From an uncultured Gemmatimonadaceae bacterium (GTDB lineage Bacteria; Gemmatimonadota; Gemmatimonadetes; Gemmatimonadales; Gemmatimonadaceae), in NCBI GenBank assembly GCA_963751275.1, contig CAVVTZ010000007.1:608001-672000 (forward strand): 64,000 nt of DNA, given 5' to 3'. Of this stretch, positions 42,253 to 51,495 are shown piece by piece. Position 1 is the stretch's first letter. Every line of letters starts with the position of its first letter. The notes below the pieces were generated by a model. It saw only the letters and a program-made list of their open reading frames with translations. It ran no database searches and was not told the DNA's origin. The position numbers were made by a program, and so were the translations under genes.

Positions 42253-43506
42253 AGCGCGAATCGCGCGACGAGCAGGGCGTTCTCGTTGAGCAGGATCGCG
42301 TTGAGCGTCTCGCCCGCGCGCACATGCGGCCGCTCTTCGGGGACGATGAGCAGCGCGTTCGCGCGCGTCATGCTCGTGAGGATCCCGGAGCCCTGCGGGC
42401 CGGTGAGCCGGGCCGTGCGCGTTCCATCCGGCGCCATCGTGACCACGGCGCGCATGAAATGCGTGAGCTTCGCACCGGTCGTGATCTCTTCCTCCACCGT
42501 CACCGGCACCGGGCGGCGGTGCAGCAGCCGGTGCCCGAGCATCTTCCGCATTGCGGGCCGCACGAACAGTTCGAAGGTGACCATGGTGGACACCGGATTC
42601 CCGGGCAGGCCGATCCACGGCATGGCGCCCAGCATGCCGAAGCCGAGTGGCGCGCCCGGGCGCAGGCGCACCTTCCAGACATTCGAGCGTGAGCCCGAGC
42701 TCATCGAGCACGGTGCGCACGTAGTCATGCTCGCCGGCGGAGATGCCGGCGGTGGTGAGCACGAGGTCCGCGCGCTCATCGCGCGCACGAAGAATGCGCG
42801 CCTTGATGTCCGCCGGATCGTCGCGCGCGATGCCAAGGTTCACCGGGACGCCGCCGTTCGCGCTGATGAGCGCCGCGAGCGCGTAGCTGTTGGATGTGAA
42901 GATCTTCTTGCCGGCCTTCACTTCCGCCATGCGGTCGAGCTCGACGATCTCATCGCCGCTCGCCAGGAAGGCCACGCGCGGGCGGCGCGGTACTTCGAGC
43001 CGCGCGGCGCCGATCGACGCGAGCACGCCGATCTCCGCGGGCCCGATCGCGGTGCCGGCCGCGAGCAGTTCGTCGCCCTCGCGGAAATCCTCGCCGCGCC
43101 GGCGGACATTCTTCATCCCATCGCGCGCGTTGCTGATCGCCACCCGCGCCGTGCCGCCGTCGGTGTCCTCGACGCGGATCACCGTGTCGGTGCCGGCCGG
43201 CACCGGCGCGCCGGTCATGACGCGCACGGCGGTGCCCGGTGCGAGCGGGCCGCTGGGCGATCCGCCGGCCGCGACGCTGCCGCTCACGGGGAGCACGACC
43301 GGCGCCGCCGCCGACGCGCTCGCGATGTCCGCCGCGCGCACGGCGTAGCCATCCATGCCGGAATTATCCCAAGCAGGAAGGGTGATAGGTGCGATGATCG
43401 GCGTGGTGATAGAACGGCCGGCGAGATCGGCGAGTGGAACGGATTCCTCATCGAGGACTCCGATCTTGGCGAGGATCTTCGCGGAGGCGTCCTGGACTGA
43501 ATCCAT
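42249..43506 (-). CDS. moeA: Molybdopterin molybdotransferase (frameshift near 42680)
   Basis: NSGMDGYAV, VMTGAPVP, SGDEI, GLPGNPVS, QGSGIL. Confidence 0.93.
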
Positions 43507-43537
43507 TACGGCTCGGGAGTGGGGAGTCGGGAATCGC

Positions 43538-44071
43538 TCACTGCGCCTGCATCAATTCGCGCTCGACGAACGTCGTGAGCGCGGGCAGCCAATCGGGCGA
43601 TGAGAAACGGAACAGCTTCAACGTCGCGATCTCCAACGCGTCGTCGTCGGTGATCATCGCGCGCCACAATGCCGCGAGCGGCGACGCCGCATCGTACAAG
43701 GGATCCTTCCCCGCCGCGCGCCGGAACACCTCGATCTTCGGCAGCGCCCCGGCCTTGAATCCCTCGCACAGCACGATGCTCGCGTCCATCATGTAGCGCT
43801 CCACGATCTCCTCCGGCGACATCTCCTCCGCCCAGCGCGACACCATCGCGAATTTGTCGGGCGACACCATGGCCACCCGCTCGGCGCCGCCCTCGTGATA
43901 ATGGCGGTACGTGTCCGTGCCCTCGGGATCGAGATTGAACGTGTGCGAACCGTGCTTGACCGTCATCACGCGATGCCCGCGGCGCGTCAGCTCGGCGGCC
44001 AGCTGCACCACGAGCGTCGTCTTACCATGATGTTTCCGTCCGACGATCGCCAGCATCGGGGGTCGAGGCAT
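43538..44071 (-). CDS. mobB: Molybdopterin-guanine dinucleotide biosynthesis protein B
   Basis: GRKHHGKTT, VKHGSH, DTYRH, CEGFK...PKIEV. Confidence 0.9.
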   Translation of the reverse strand: MPRPPMLAIVGRKHHGKTTLVVQLAAELTRRGHRVMTVKHGSHTFNLDPEGTDTYRHYHEGGAERVAMVSPDKFAMVSRWAEEMSPEEIVERYMMDASIVLCEGFKAGALPKIEVFRRAAGKDPLYDAASPLAALWRAMITDDDALEIATLKLFRFSSPDWLPALTTFVERELMQAQ

Positions 44072-44666
44072 ACCGCTCCGCGAGTTCGAGCTCGTCCGGG
44101 GAATTGACGTTCATGAACATGCGCGCCGGATCGCCGTGCGCCGCGACCTCGCTCGCCGCCATGCGCGCCACGCGCACGTCGCCGAAGAACGAGATCGCTT
44201 CGCCGCGTCCCGCCGCGAGCGCCCGCTCGATCGCCGGCACGCACGACGGCGCGTACCACGCGCACAGCGGCTCCACGCCGCGCTTCGATCCGCTCTCCGC
44301 GATCGCGACATCGTGCCCCGACTCGCCGAGCCGGCGCAGGTCCCGCAGCAGGAACGTTGGCACGAAGGGCATGTCCCACGCCACCACCAGCACCGCCGTG
44401 CCCGCATGCACGAGCGCCGCATGGATCCCGCCGAGACTGCCGCGCCCCGCGTGGAGGTCCGCCACCGTGCGCACGCCGGGCAGCCACGCGCCGGCCGCTG
44501 GATCGTTCGCAACGAGGAGCAGCCCGTCGGTCGTCTGTGCGAGGGCGAGCGCGACGCGGTCGATGATGCGCACGCCGCCCACCCGCGCCAATCCCTTCGG
44601 CCCGCCGCCGAAGCGCGACGCCTCGCCGCCGGCGAGGATCGCAGCGGTACAGGTCAGGGGGCCCAT
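44022..44666 (-). CDS. mobA: Molybdenum cofactor guanylyltransferase
   Basis: ILAGGEASRFG..K, GSLGGI, WDMPF, EPLCAWY, NVNSPDEL. Confidence 0.9.
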   Translation of the reverse strand: MGPLTCTAAILAGGEASRFGGGPKGLARVGGVRIIDRVALALAQTTDGLLLVANDPAAGAWLPGVRTVADLHAGRGSLGGIHAALVHAGTAVLVVAWDMPFVPTFLLRDLRRLGESGHDVAIAESGSKRGVEPLCAWYAPSCVPAIERALAAGRGEAISFFGDVRVARMAASEVAAHGDPARMFMNVNSPDELELAERYASTPDAGDRRTETSW

Positions 44667-45073
44667 TCCGCGGCGAGCGATTCGTCCTCGCGCACCACGA
44701 CGCGCGCGACCGACACCCGCGCGCCGAGCGCCGCCTGCACGCGCTCGCCGATCACGCGCGCGAGATTCTCGCCGGTGGGGATCATCCCGCCCTCGCCGAA
44801 CTCGGGCACCTCGAGATTGAGATTCCGGTGGTCGAAGCGCGCGGTCACCTCGTCGTGCAGCACGCGGTCGAGCATGCCGAGGTCGATCACCATGCCGGTG
44901 AGCGGATCGACGTCGCCGCGCACGGTCACCTCGCAGGCGTAGCTGTGCCCGTGGAAGTGCGGGTTCGCGCACGCGCCGAACACTTCGTGGTTCTTCGCGT
45001 CGCTCCACTCGGGGCGCCGGTAGCGGTGCGCGGCGGCGAAGGTCACCCGCCGGATGAGCGCGCCCCGGGGCAT
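44654..45073 (-). CDS. 6-pyruvoyl-tetrahydropterin synthase family (COG0720)
   Basis: FAAAH, CANPHFHGHSY, GMVIDL, FDHRNLN, PTGENL. Confidence 0.9.
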   Translation of the reverse strand: MPRGALIRRVTFAAAHRYRRPEWSDAKNHEVFGACANPHFHGHSYACEVTVRGDVDPLTGMVIDLGMLDRVLHDEVTARFDHRNLNLEVPEFGEGGMIPTGENLARVIGERVQAALGARVSVARVVVREDESLAAEWAP

Positions 45074-45077
45074 GCGG

Positions 45078-45842
45078 CTAGTGCTCTTTCCAGACGTACG
45101 TGAGGCCGAGCGTGAACACGCCGTTGTTCGTGAACTGTTTGTCCGGCGCATTGATCGGCAGCACCGAATTCGGTCCCGTCTTGAAATACGACGTCGGATA
45201 CTGCAGCTGCCAGAGATAATCCCACGCCGAGATGTTCAGCACCCAGGGCCGCTTGAGGCGGTAGCGCAGCCCGGCGCCGAGTCCGAAGAAGAACTTCGTG
45301 CCGAACACATAGCCGCCGGCGTCGGGCTTCTCCGAGCTGTACGCGGCGCCGAGCGTGAAGCCGACGAAGGGCACCATGCCGCGCCACGTCTTCTCGCCGG
45401 TGACGGCGAGCAGCAGGCCGAGGTTCGCGAAGACGAGCGGATCGGAGACGAGTCCCTTGTTCTGCTGGTCCTTCGGAAGGTCGGGATCGATGAGCGTGCG
45501 CTTCGACGACGTATAGCCCACCGTGCCGAAGGCGAACATCGCGCCGCCGATGTGCCGGCCGTAGCTCAGATTCGCGATCGGCGCGCCCTGCGGTCCGACC
45601 CCCGCGTCGCCCGTGTTCCCCGAGAAGTAGCCGACGTCCAACTGGAAGGCGTGGAGCTGGTTGAAGTCCTGGTACGGCGAACTGATGTGCACCGCGTGCG
45701 ATGTGTCCGCCTTCGGCTTCGGCGCGCTGTCCGCCTTCGCCTTCGCCGCGGTATCCGCCTTGTGCACCACCGCCGTATCCTGCGCGCGGGCCGCGGGGGA
45801 GAACGCGATCAGGACTGCCATGCTCGCCAGGATATGCTTCAC
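45078..45842 (-). CDS. Putative outer-membrane beta-barrel protein
   Basis: Signal peptide ending ARA-Q; alternating beta strands (PFVGFTLG, GLGAGLRY, FTLGLTYVW). Confidence 0.65.
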   Translation of the reverse strand: MKHILASMAVLIAFSPAARAQDTAVVHKADTAAKAKADSAPKPKADTSHAVHISSPYQDFNQLHAFQLDVGYFSGNTGDAGVGPQGAPIANLSYGRHIGGAMFAFGTVGYTSSKRTLIDPDLPKDQQNKGLVSDPLVFANLGLLLAVTGEKTWRGMVPFVGFTLGAAYSSEKPDAGGYVFGTKFFFGLGAGLRYRLKRPWVLNISAWDYLWQLQYPTSYFKTGPNSVLPINAPDKQFTNNGVFTLGLTYVWKEH

Positions 45843-47390
45843 GCCTTCGCTCCGGTTTCTCTGAGGTCCACGCCGGTCATCTCCGCCGGCCGTTCGATGC
45901 CGAGCATCGCCAAAATGGTCGGTCCCACATCCTTCAGTGCGCCGCCGCCGCGCAACGGGCGCGCGCCATTGGGGTCTACAACGATAATGGGTACGGGGTT
46001 CGTCGTGTGGGCCGTGTGCGGGCCGCCCGTGACCGGATCGATCATCATCTCGCAATTCCCGTGGTCCGCCGTCACGATCAGCCGCGCGTCCACCTTCGAC
46101 GCCGCATTGATCACGCGCGCGAGGCACGTGTCCACGCACTCCACCGCCTTGATCGCGGCGGGGATCACGCCGGTGTGCCCCACCATGTCGCCGTTCGCGT
46201 AATTCACGAGGATGAAGTCGTGCGCGCGGCTCGCGATCGCCTTGCACAGCACATCGGTCACGCCCGCCGCGCTCATCTCGGGCGCGAGATCGTACGTCGC
46301 CACCTGCTGGCTCGGCACCAGCTCGCGCACTTCCCCTTTGTACGGCGTCTCATACCCGCAGTTGAAGAAATAGGTCACGTGCGCGTACTTCTCGGTCTCG
46401 GCGGTGCGGAACATTGTCATGCCGCGCCCGCTCACTTCTTCGGCGACGATCCGCGCGAGCGTGAAGGGCGGGAAGGCCACCGGCAGCGTGAACGTCTCGT
46501 CGTACATCGTCATCGTGACGATGTCGGCCTTCGGTCGCGCGCCCACCGCGAAGCCATCGAAACCCGGCGCCGTGAGCGCGCGCACGATCTGCCGCATGCG
46601 GTCCGCGCGGAAATTGAACAGCACGATCCCGTCGCCATCGCGCACGGGCGCGACCGGTGCGCCGTTCCGCTCGATCACCACGGGCGTGATGAACTCATCG
46701 CTCTCGCCGCGGTCGTACGCCGCCTGGATCGCGGCGAGCGGATCGGTGGCGCGCGGGCCGGCGCCCTCCACCGTGGCGCGATACCATTTCTCGGTGCGCG
46801 GCCACCGCTTGTCGCGGTCCATGCCGAAGTAGCGGCCGCCGAGCGATGCCACCACCGCGCGACCCTTGGCGCGCGCGATGGTCTGGCGCATGAACTCGAG
46901 CCCCGAGCGTGGCAGCGTGTCGCGGCCGTCCAGCAGCGCGTGCAGCGCGACGCGCGGCATGCCCTCCCGCTCGGCGAGATCGAACAGCGCGAACAGGTGG
47001 CGGTCGCACGCGTGCACGCCGCCGTCGCCGATGAGGCCCACCGAGATGCACCGTGCCGCCGCGCGCCTTCACGGCGCGGAAGAGCCGCACGAGCTCCTGG
47101 TTGGCGAAGAAACTCCGGTCGGTGATCGCGGTGTCGATGCGCACGAGATCGGTGGGGATCGCGCGGCCGGCGCCGAGGTTCATGTGGCCGACCTCGCTGT
47201 TGCCCATCTGTCCCGCGGGGAGTCCTACAGCGAGCCCCGACGCCTCGAGCAGCGTGCGCGGATGGCGCGACGTGAGCGCGTCCCAGTTCGGCGTTCGCGC
47301 GAGCGCGATGGCGTTCCCTTCGCGCTCTTCGCGATGGCCCCAGCCGTCGAGCACGACGAGGACCACCGGGCGCTTGCGCTCTTGCGGCAT
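45839..47390 (-). CDS. gpmI: 2,3-bisphosphoglycerate-independent phosphoglycerate mutase (frameshift near 47043)
   Basis: LVVLDGWG, GQMGNSEVGH, LDGRDT, NFRADR, AETEKYAHVT, DMVGHTG, TADHGN. Confidence 0.95.
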
Positions 47391-47477
47391 CTTTGCTCGG
47401 TACGTGTGAAAGACTATGTTCCGGCGCGGCACGCGCCCCGTGCGAAATGTATCCCTCTGCTCACGCCCCTTCCAGCG

Positions 47478-48521
47478 ATGCGGACTGAACGCCTGGCACT
47501 CCTCGCTCTCCTGATGCCGGCGGCGCTGCTCGCGCAGACGCCCGCCGTGGGGACCGTCACGGCTCCCGTTTCCCTGCGCGTCGCGCCCGACGGCAAGGAG
47601 ATCGCGGCGCTGCGCGTGAACTCGGCCGTGCAGCTGCTCGGCACGAGCGGATCGTGGACCCACGTGACCGTGGAGGGCTGGCTGCATGTGAGCGTGATCG
47701 GGCCCGCGAAGGACAGCTTCCCGCTCAGCGCCAAGTCGTCGATGGGCGCGATCATGCGCGCGGCCGCGGACCGCACCGCGCCCGTCGTCGCGCAGCTCGA
47801 GGACGGCATGGGGCTGCAGTTGATCGCGCGAACGGAGCAGTGGTCGCACGTGAAGCGGAGCGGCTGGGTGCTGTCGAGCACCGTGCGGGCCGGCGCGCCG
47901 AAGCCCGTGCCGGCGGCGGCCGCGGTTGGCGTGAAGCCGCCCGCCGCTCCGGCGGCCGCGCCGGCATCGCCGCCCGCGGTCGCGGCGCCGGTGCCCGTCG
48001 CGACCGCCGAATCGCTGCCGGGGGACGTGGCCGTCGCGCGGCGCACGACCATTCACGCGGCGCCCACCGGCGCCGTGCTCGGCACCCTCGATTCCGCGAC
48101 GCGCCTCGTGACCGGACCGAGCGAGCGCGGCTGGGTGCACGTGACCATGGAGGGCTGGGTCAAGCAGGCCGACGTGATCCCGCTCGACAGCGTGCCGATC
48201 AGCACCATCTCGGCCGCTGACCTGCGCGCCGACCCGGACCGCTACAAGGGGCAGACCGTGCGATGGGTGGTGGAGGTGATCGCGTACCAGACCGCGGACC
48301 CGCTGCGGAAGGGACTGCGGATCGAGGAGCCGTATCTGTTGGCGCGCGGACCGGGGAGCGAGAGTTCGCTGCTGTACCTGGCGTTGCCGCCGTCGCTCAT
48401 GGACATGGGCCGCGAACTCAAGCCGCTCTCGAGCGTGGTGATCCTGGCGAAGGTCCGCTATGGGCGCAGCGATCCGAGCGGCGTGCCGGTGCTCGACGTC
48501 CAGCGCATCATCCAGCGCTGA
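47478..48521 (+). CDS. Secreted protein with SH3-like repeats and a C-terminal OB-fold-like domain
   Basis: Signal peptide; repeated W.HV...GW units; Pro/Ala linker; LRADPDRYKGQTV. Confidence 0.7.
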   Translation: MRTERLALLALLMPAALLAQTPAVGTVTAPVSLRVAPDGKEIAALRVNSAVQLLGTSGSWTHVTVEGWLHVSVIGPAKDSFPLSAKSSMGAIMRAAADRTAPVVAQLEDGMGLQLIARTEQWSHVKRSGWVLSSTVRAGAPKPVPAAAAVGVKPPAAPAAAPASPPAVAAPVPVATAESLPGDVAVARRTTIHAAPTGAVLGTLDSATRLVTGPSERGWVHVTMEGWVKQADVIPLDSVPISTISAADLRADPDRYKGQTVRWVVEVIAYQTADPLRKGLRIEEPYLLARGPGSESSLLYLALPPSLMDMGRELKPLSSVVILAKVRYGRSDPSGVPVLDVQRIIQR

Positions 48522-48539
48522 CGGCGCCGCGCGGCCGCG

Positions 48540-49229
48540 ATGTTCACCGAGATCAAGTTCCGCGATTTCCGACAGCAATATCCGGGCTTCCTCCCCGGCG
48601 TGCTGCTGATCCTCGCGGTGCTGGTGGCGATCGACCTGCTGCTGCTGGAGCGGCAGAGGAATTACGAGCAGGAGATCGCGGCGCTCCGCTCCAACATGAC
48701 GGAGAGCCAGCGCCAGCGCGGCGACGCGCTGGCCGATGCGCACGGCGCGCAGGAGAAGGTGAAGCTCGAGCTGGTGCGCCGCGAGGCCAAGTTCGGCAAG
48801 GTGCTTCACCTGTCGCTCGACGTCGACAGTGCGCAGCTGTCGCTCATGCAGGACGGGGCGGTACTGCGCCGCTTCGCCGTGCGGCTGGGTGTCTCGCGCA
48901 GCGTGGAGCGCGGCGACACGAGCACCAAGAGCGTGCCGCGCGGCGCCTTCGTCGTGCAGCGGGTGTTGGGGCCGGCGGACATGTGGGCGGCGCCGAAGTG
49001 GGTCTATACCGACCGACGGCTGACCGCGCCCGCCGATTCGATGGTGGCGGGGGCGCTGGGGCCCGTGGCGATCCTGCTGGAGGGGGGCGCGGTGATCTAT
49101 TCGCAGCCCAGCGTGGGGCCGCTCAAGGACAGCGCGTACGTGCTCCCGGGGGCGGCGCGGGCCAATGCCGATGACCTGCGGGCGGTGGCGCCCAACTTGA
49201 CCCCTGGCACGCCGGTGTACGTTTACTGA
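48540..49229 (+). CDS. Membrane-anchored L,D-transpeptidase-fold protein lacking catalytic His/Cys
   Basis: TM + coiled coil; VPRGAF, W..P.W and terminal GTPVYVY align with the next gene; LPGAAR replaces SHGCVR. Confidence 0.65.
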   Translation: MFTEIKFRDFRQQYPGFLPGVLLILAVLVAIDLLLLERQRNYEQEIAALRSNMTESQRQRGDALADAHGAQEKVKLELVRREAKFGKVLHLSLDVDSAQLSLMQDGAVLRRFAVRLGVSRSVERGDTSTKSVPRGAFVVQRVLGPADMWAAPKWVYTDRRLTAPADSMVAGALGPVAILLEGGAVIYSQPSVGPLKDSAYVLPGAARANADDLRAVAPNLTPGTPVYVY

Positions 49230-49230
49230 T

Positions 49231-50097
49231 ATGCGATCGGTCCGCGAAGTCCTGAGGGATGCCCCGCCGGGGATCTGGGTGGTCACCGTCACGATGGTGT
49301 TGGCGGGGGCGATCACGGCCGGCATGCTGTTCACGACCGTGCAGATGCGCCACCGCCGCGACGCGAACAAGTTCGTCGTGACCAAGGCGCACGGCGTGCT
49401 CGACTCGCTCACCCGGCAGGCGGACCAGGAGCTGGATTCGCTGCAGAACGCGCTCGCGTCCACGCCGGACACCGTGCCGGTGGGCCAGTACATCGTGGTG
49501 AGCATCGAGGACCGACGCCTGTGGCTGAAGCAGGGGGACACGACGCTCTACACGACGCGCGTTGCGGTGGGGAGCGGGAAGTCGCTGGTCCAGACCACGG
49601 GCGGGCGGAAGGAGTACAAGTTCGACACGCCGCGTGGCCGGCTGACCGTGCTGTACAAGGAGCTCGACCCGTACTGGCAGCCGCCCGACTGGCACTTCGT
49701 GGAGATGGCGGCGAAGAAGAAGGGATTCGGGGTCGTGATGCTCAAGCGAGGTCAGAAGGTGATGGTGAGCGATGGCTCGTGGTACGAGGTGCGCGGCGAC
49801 GATGTCGTGCGCGTGTACCCCGACGGCCACGTGCAGCTGCTGGAAGCGAGCGAGGGACACGAGCTGCTGGCGGACAAGAAGATCGTGGTGCCGCCGTTCG
49901 GCACGAACCAGCGGGAGTACAAGTGGGTGGTGGGCGGACACCGGCTGAATCTGGGCGACGGGTACGGATTGCACGGTACGGACGAGCCCAACTCGATTGG
50001 CCACGCGGCCAGTCACGGGTGCGTCCGGCTGCGGAACGAGGATATTGCGTACTTGTATAGCATCGTTGCGGTTGGGACTCCGGTCTACATTTACTGA
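49231..50097 (+). CDS. L,D-transpeptidase (YkuD family)
   Basis: VAVG, TPRG, GLHGT...ASHGCVRL, GTPVYIY. Confidence 0.92.
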   Translation: MRSVREVLRDAPPGIWVVTVTMVLAGAITAGMLFTTVQMRHRRDANKFVVTKAHGVLDSLTRQADQELDSLQNALASTPDTVPVGQYIVVSIEDRRLWLKQGDTTLYTTRVAVGSGKSLVQTTGGRKEYKFDTPRGRLTVLYKELDPYWQPPDWHFVEMAAKKKGFGVVMLKRGQKVMVSDGSWYEVRGDDVVRVYPDGHVQLLEASEGHELLADKKIVVPPFGTNQREYKWVVGGHRLNLGDGYGLHGTDEPNSIGHAASHGCVRLRNEDIAYLYSIVAVGTPVYIY

Positions 50098-50118
50098 CTG
50101 CTCGGCCAGCCATAATTC

Positions 50119-50146
50119 TTGAGCGCGAAAGTGCGCGAGTTACACT
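50119..50146 (+). promoter_or_regulatory. Putative sigma70 promoter for the riboswitch leader
   Basis: TTGAGC-N16-TACACT. Confidence 0.35.
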
Positions 50147-50253
50147 ATCGTGGCGCGCGCGTCATGCTTATGTTGGCAGTCCCGCTAGGGTCGATCAGTC
50201 GTTGACGAACGGCTAACGTCGTTTGGCTAACGTCTCATCGTCTGATTGACGTT

Positions 50254-50347
50254 CTCCTTGCTCAAGGCAATCCGGTGGCGACATCGGTGCGCAAAGCCAA
50301 GAGACAGCGGATCTATTTCCACGCTGTTGGTCTGGTTGCCAGGGAGG
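50254..50347 (+). promoter_or_regulatory. c-di-GMP-I (GEMM) riboswitch
   Basis: P1 CTCCTTG/CAGGGAG; GGCAATCC; stem CCGGTG-GCGA-CATCGG; GCGCAAAGCC; stem ACAGCG/CGCTGT; GGTTGCC. Order and spacing match GEMM-I. Confidence 0.85.
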
Positions 50348-50354
50348 TTCTCGA

Positions 50355-51338
50355 GTGATCCGTCCGCCTTTCCGTTGCCGCCGCATTCCGCGCGCGCTCG
50401 GAGCGATCGCCGTCGCAGTCGCGACGGTGATGGCCTCCGGTGCCGCCGCGCCTGCGCGCGCCGCGACGGTGGGCGGTTTCGGCGCCGTGTTGACTCCGCC
50501 GCCCAACGACCCGTTCAAAGTCGGCGGCCTCTTCGATCTCCTCGATTCGCTGGCCGGACTCAGCCACAAGCTGCGCGCCCGCTTCGTGTCCCCGGCGAAG
50601 CACGAAATGGCGATTCCGGCACTTCAGCGCCTGTTTGGCGACAGTGCGGCGACACGCCCCGGCGCCTACGCCGTGCGCGACAGCACACTCTCGCAGCCCT
50701 TCACCTTCTTCACGCTCATCCCCTTCACTGCCAAGCAGAAGGGACGGATCGGCACCTACCGCGTGGGAACGTGGCCCTATGAGCGCAAAGCGCCGCTCAG
50801 CGAGTTCTACGCGAATCCCGATGGCTTCATCGAGGTCACGCCCGAGAACCAGCAGATCTACGTCTCCGAGCACTTCCAGCTGCGCGACTTCCTCACGCAC
50901 GACCAGCAGGACGTGTGGCCCAAGTACATGGTCCTGAGCGAGCGCCTCATCGACAAGCTCGAGCTGATCATCGCCGATCTCAACGCGCACGGCGTGCGCG
51001 TGGCGCACCTGTCGGTCATGTCCGGCTTCCGCACTCCCGAGTACAACCGCCAGGGCGTGGGCGAGGGCGGCCGCGCGCGGGACAGCCGCCACCAGTACGG
51101 CGACGCCGCGGACATCTTCGTCGACAACGACGGCACCGGCCGCATGGCGGACCTGAACCACGACCACCGCGTGGACTGGCGCGACGCCAAGATCATCCGC
51201 GACGCCATCGACCGCGTCGAGGCTGCGCATCCCGAGCTCGTTGGCGGCGCCGGGATCTACAAGGGGAACCGGCGGCATGGCCCCTTCGTCCACGTTGACG
51301 CCCGTGGGACGCGCGCGCGGTGGGGGCGGCCGGGCTGA
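50355..51338 (+). CDS. Peptidase M15 (D-Ala-D-Ala carboxypeptidase/DUF882-like zinc peptidase), secreted
   Basis: VSEHF.LRDF, SGFRTPEYN, SRHQYGDAAD (H-x6-D), FVHVDAR; signal peptide. Confidence 0.85.
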   Translation: MIRPPFRCRRIPRALGAIAVAVATVMASGAAAPARAATVGGFGAVLTPPPNDPFKVGGLFDLLDSLAGLSHKLRARFVSPAKHEMAIPALQRLFGDSAATRPGAYAVRDSTLSQPFTFFTLIPFTAKQKGRIGTYRVGTWPYERKAPLSEFYANPDGFIEVTPENQQIYVSEHFQLRDFLTHDQQDVWPKYMVLSERLIDKLELIIADLNAHGVRVAHLSVMSGFRTPEYNRQGVGEGGRARDSRHQYGDAADIFVDNDGTGRMADLNHDHRVDWRDAKIIRDAIDRVEAAHPELVGGAGIYKGNRRHGPFVHVDARGTRARWGRPG

Positions 51339-51364
51339 TTTCCCGCACCCTCCTTCTGCGAATG

Positions 51365-51400
51365 GGCGCGCCGACCGTTGATCGGGGCGCCTTTTCATTT
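51365..51400 (+). terminator. Intrinsic terminator after the M15 peptidase
   Basis: GGCGCGCCGA...TCGGGGCGCC stem followed by TTTTCATTT. Confidence 0.65.
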
Positions 51401-51477
51401 CTCGGGACTCGGGACTCGGGATTCGCCGCGGGACTCGGGACGCGTCCCGCGGCGAATCCCGAGTCCCAAGTCCCGAG
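51401..51477. repeat. Palindrome with heptamer (GGGACTC) repeats
   Basis: Arms 51401-51434 and 51444-51477 are 33/34 reverse-complementary. Confidence 0.85.
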
Positions 51478-51495
51478 CGTGATTATCTTCATGGC

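Noticed and set aside
41590..43506. 638-aa MoeA-methyltransferase fusion
   Set aside because: The MoeA C-terminus is in another frame ending at 42249, overlapping the methyltransferase GTG; the fusion arises from an indel.
47437..47456. CGGCACG...GTGCG as a sigma54 promoter for the SH3 gene
   Set aside because: GG-to-GC spacing is 12 rather than the required 10; more likely a small hairpin.
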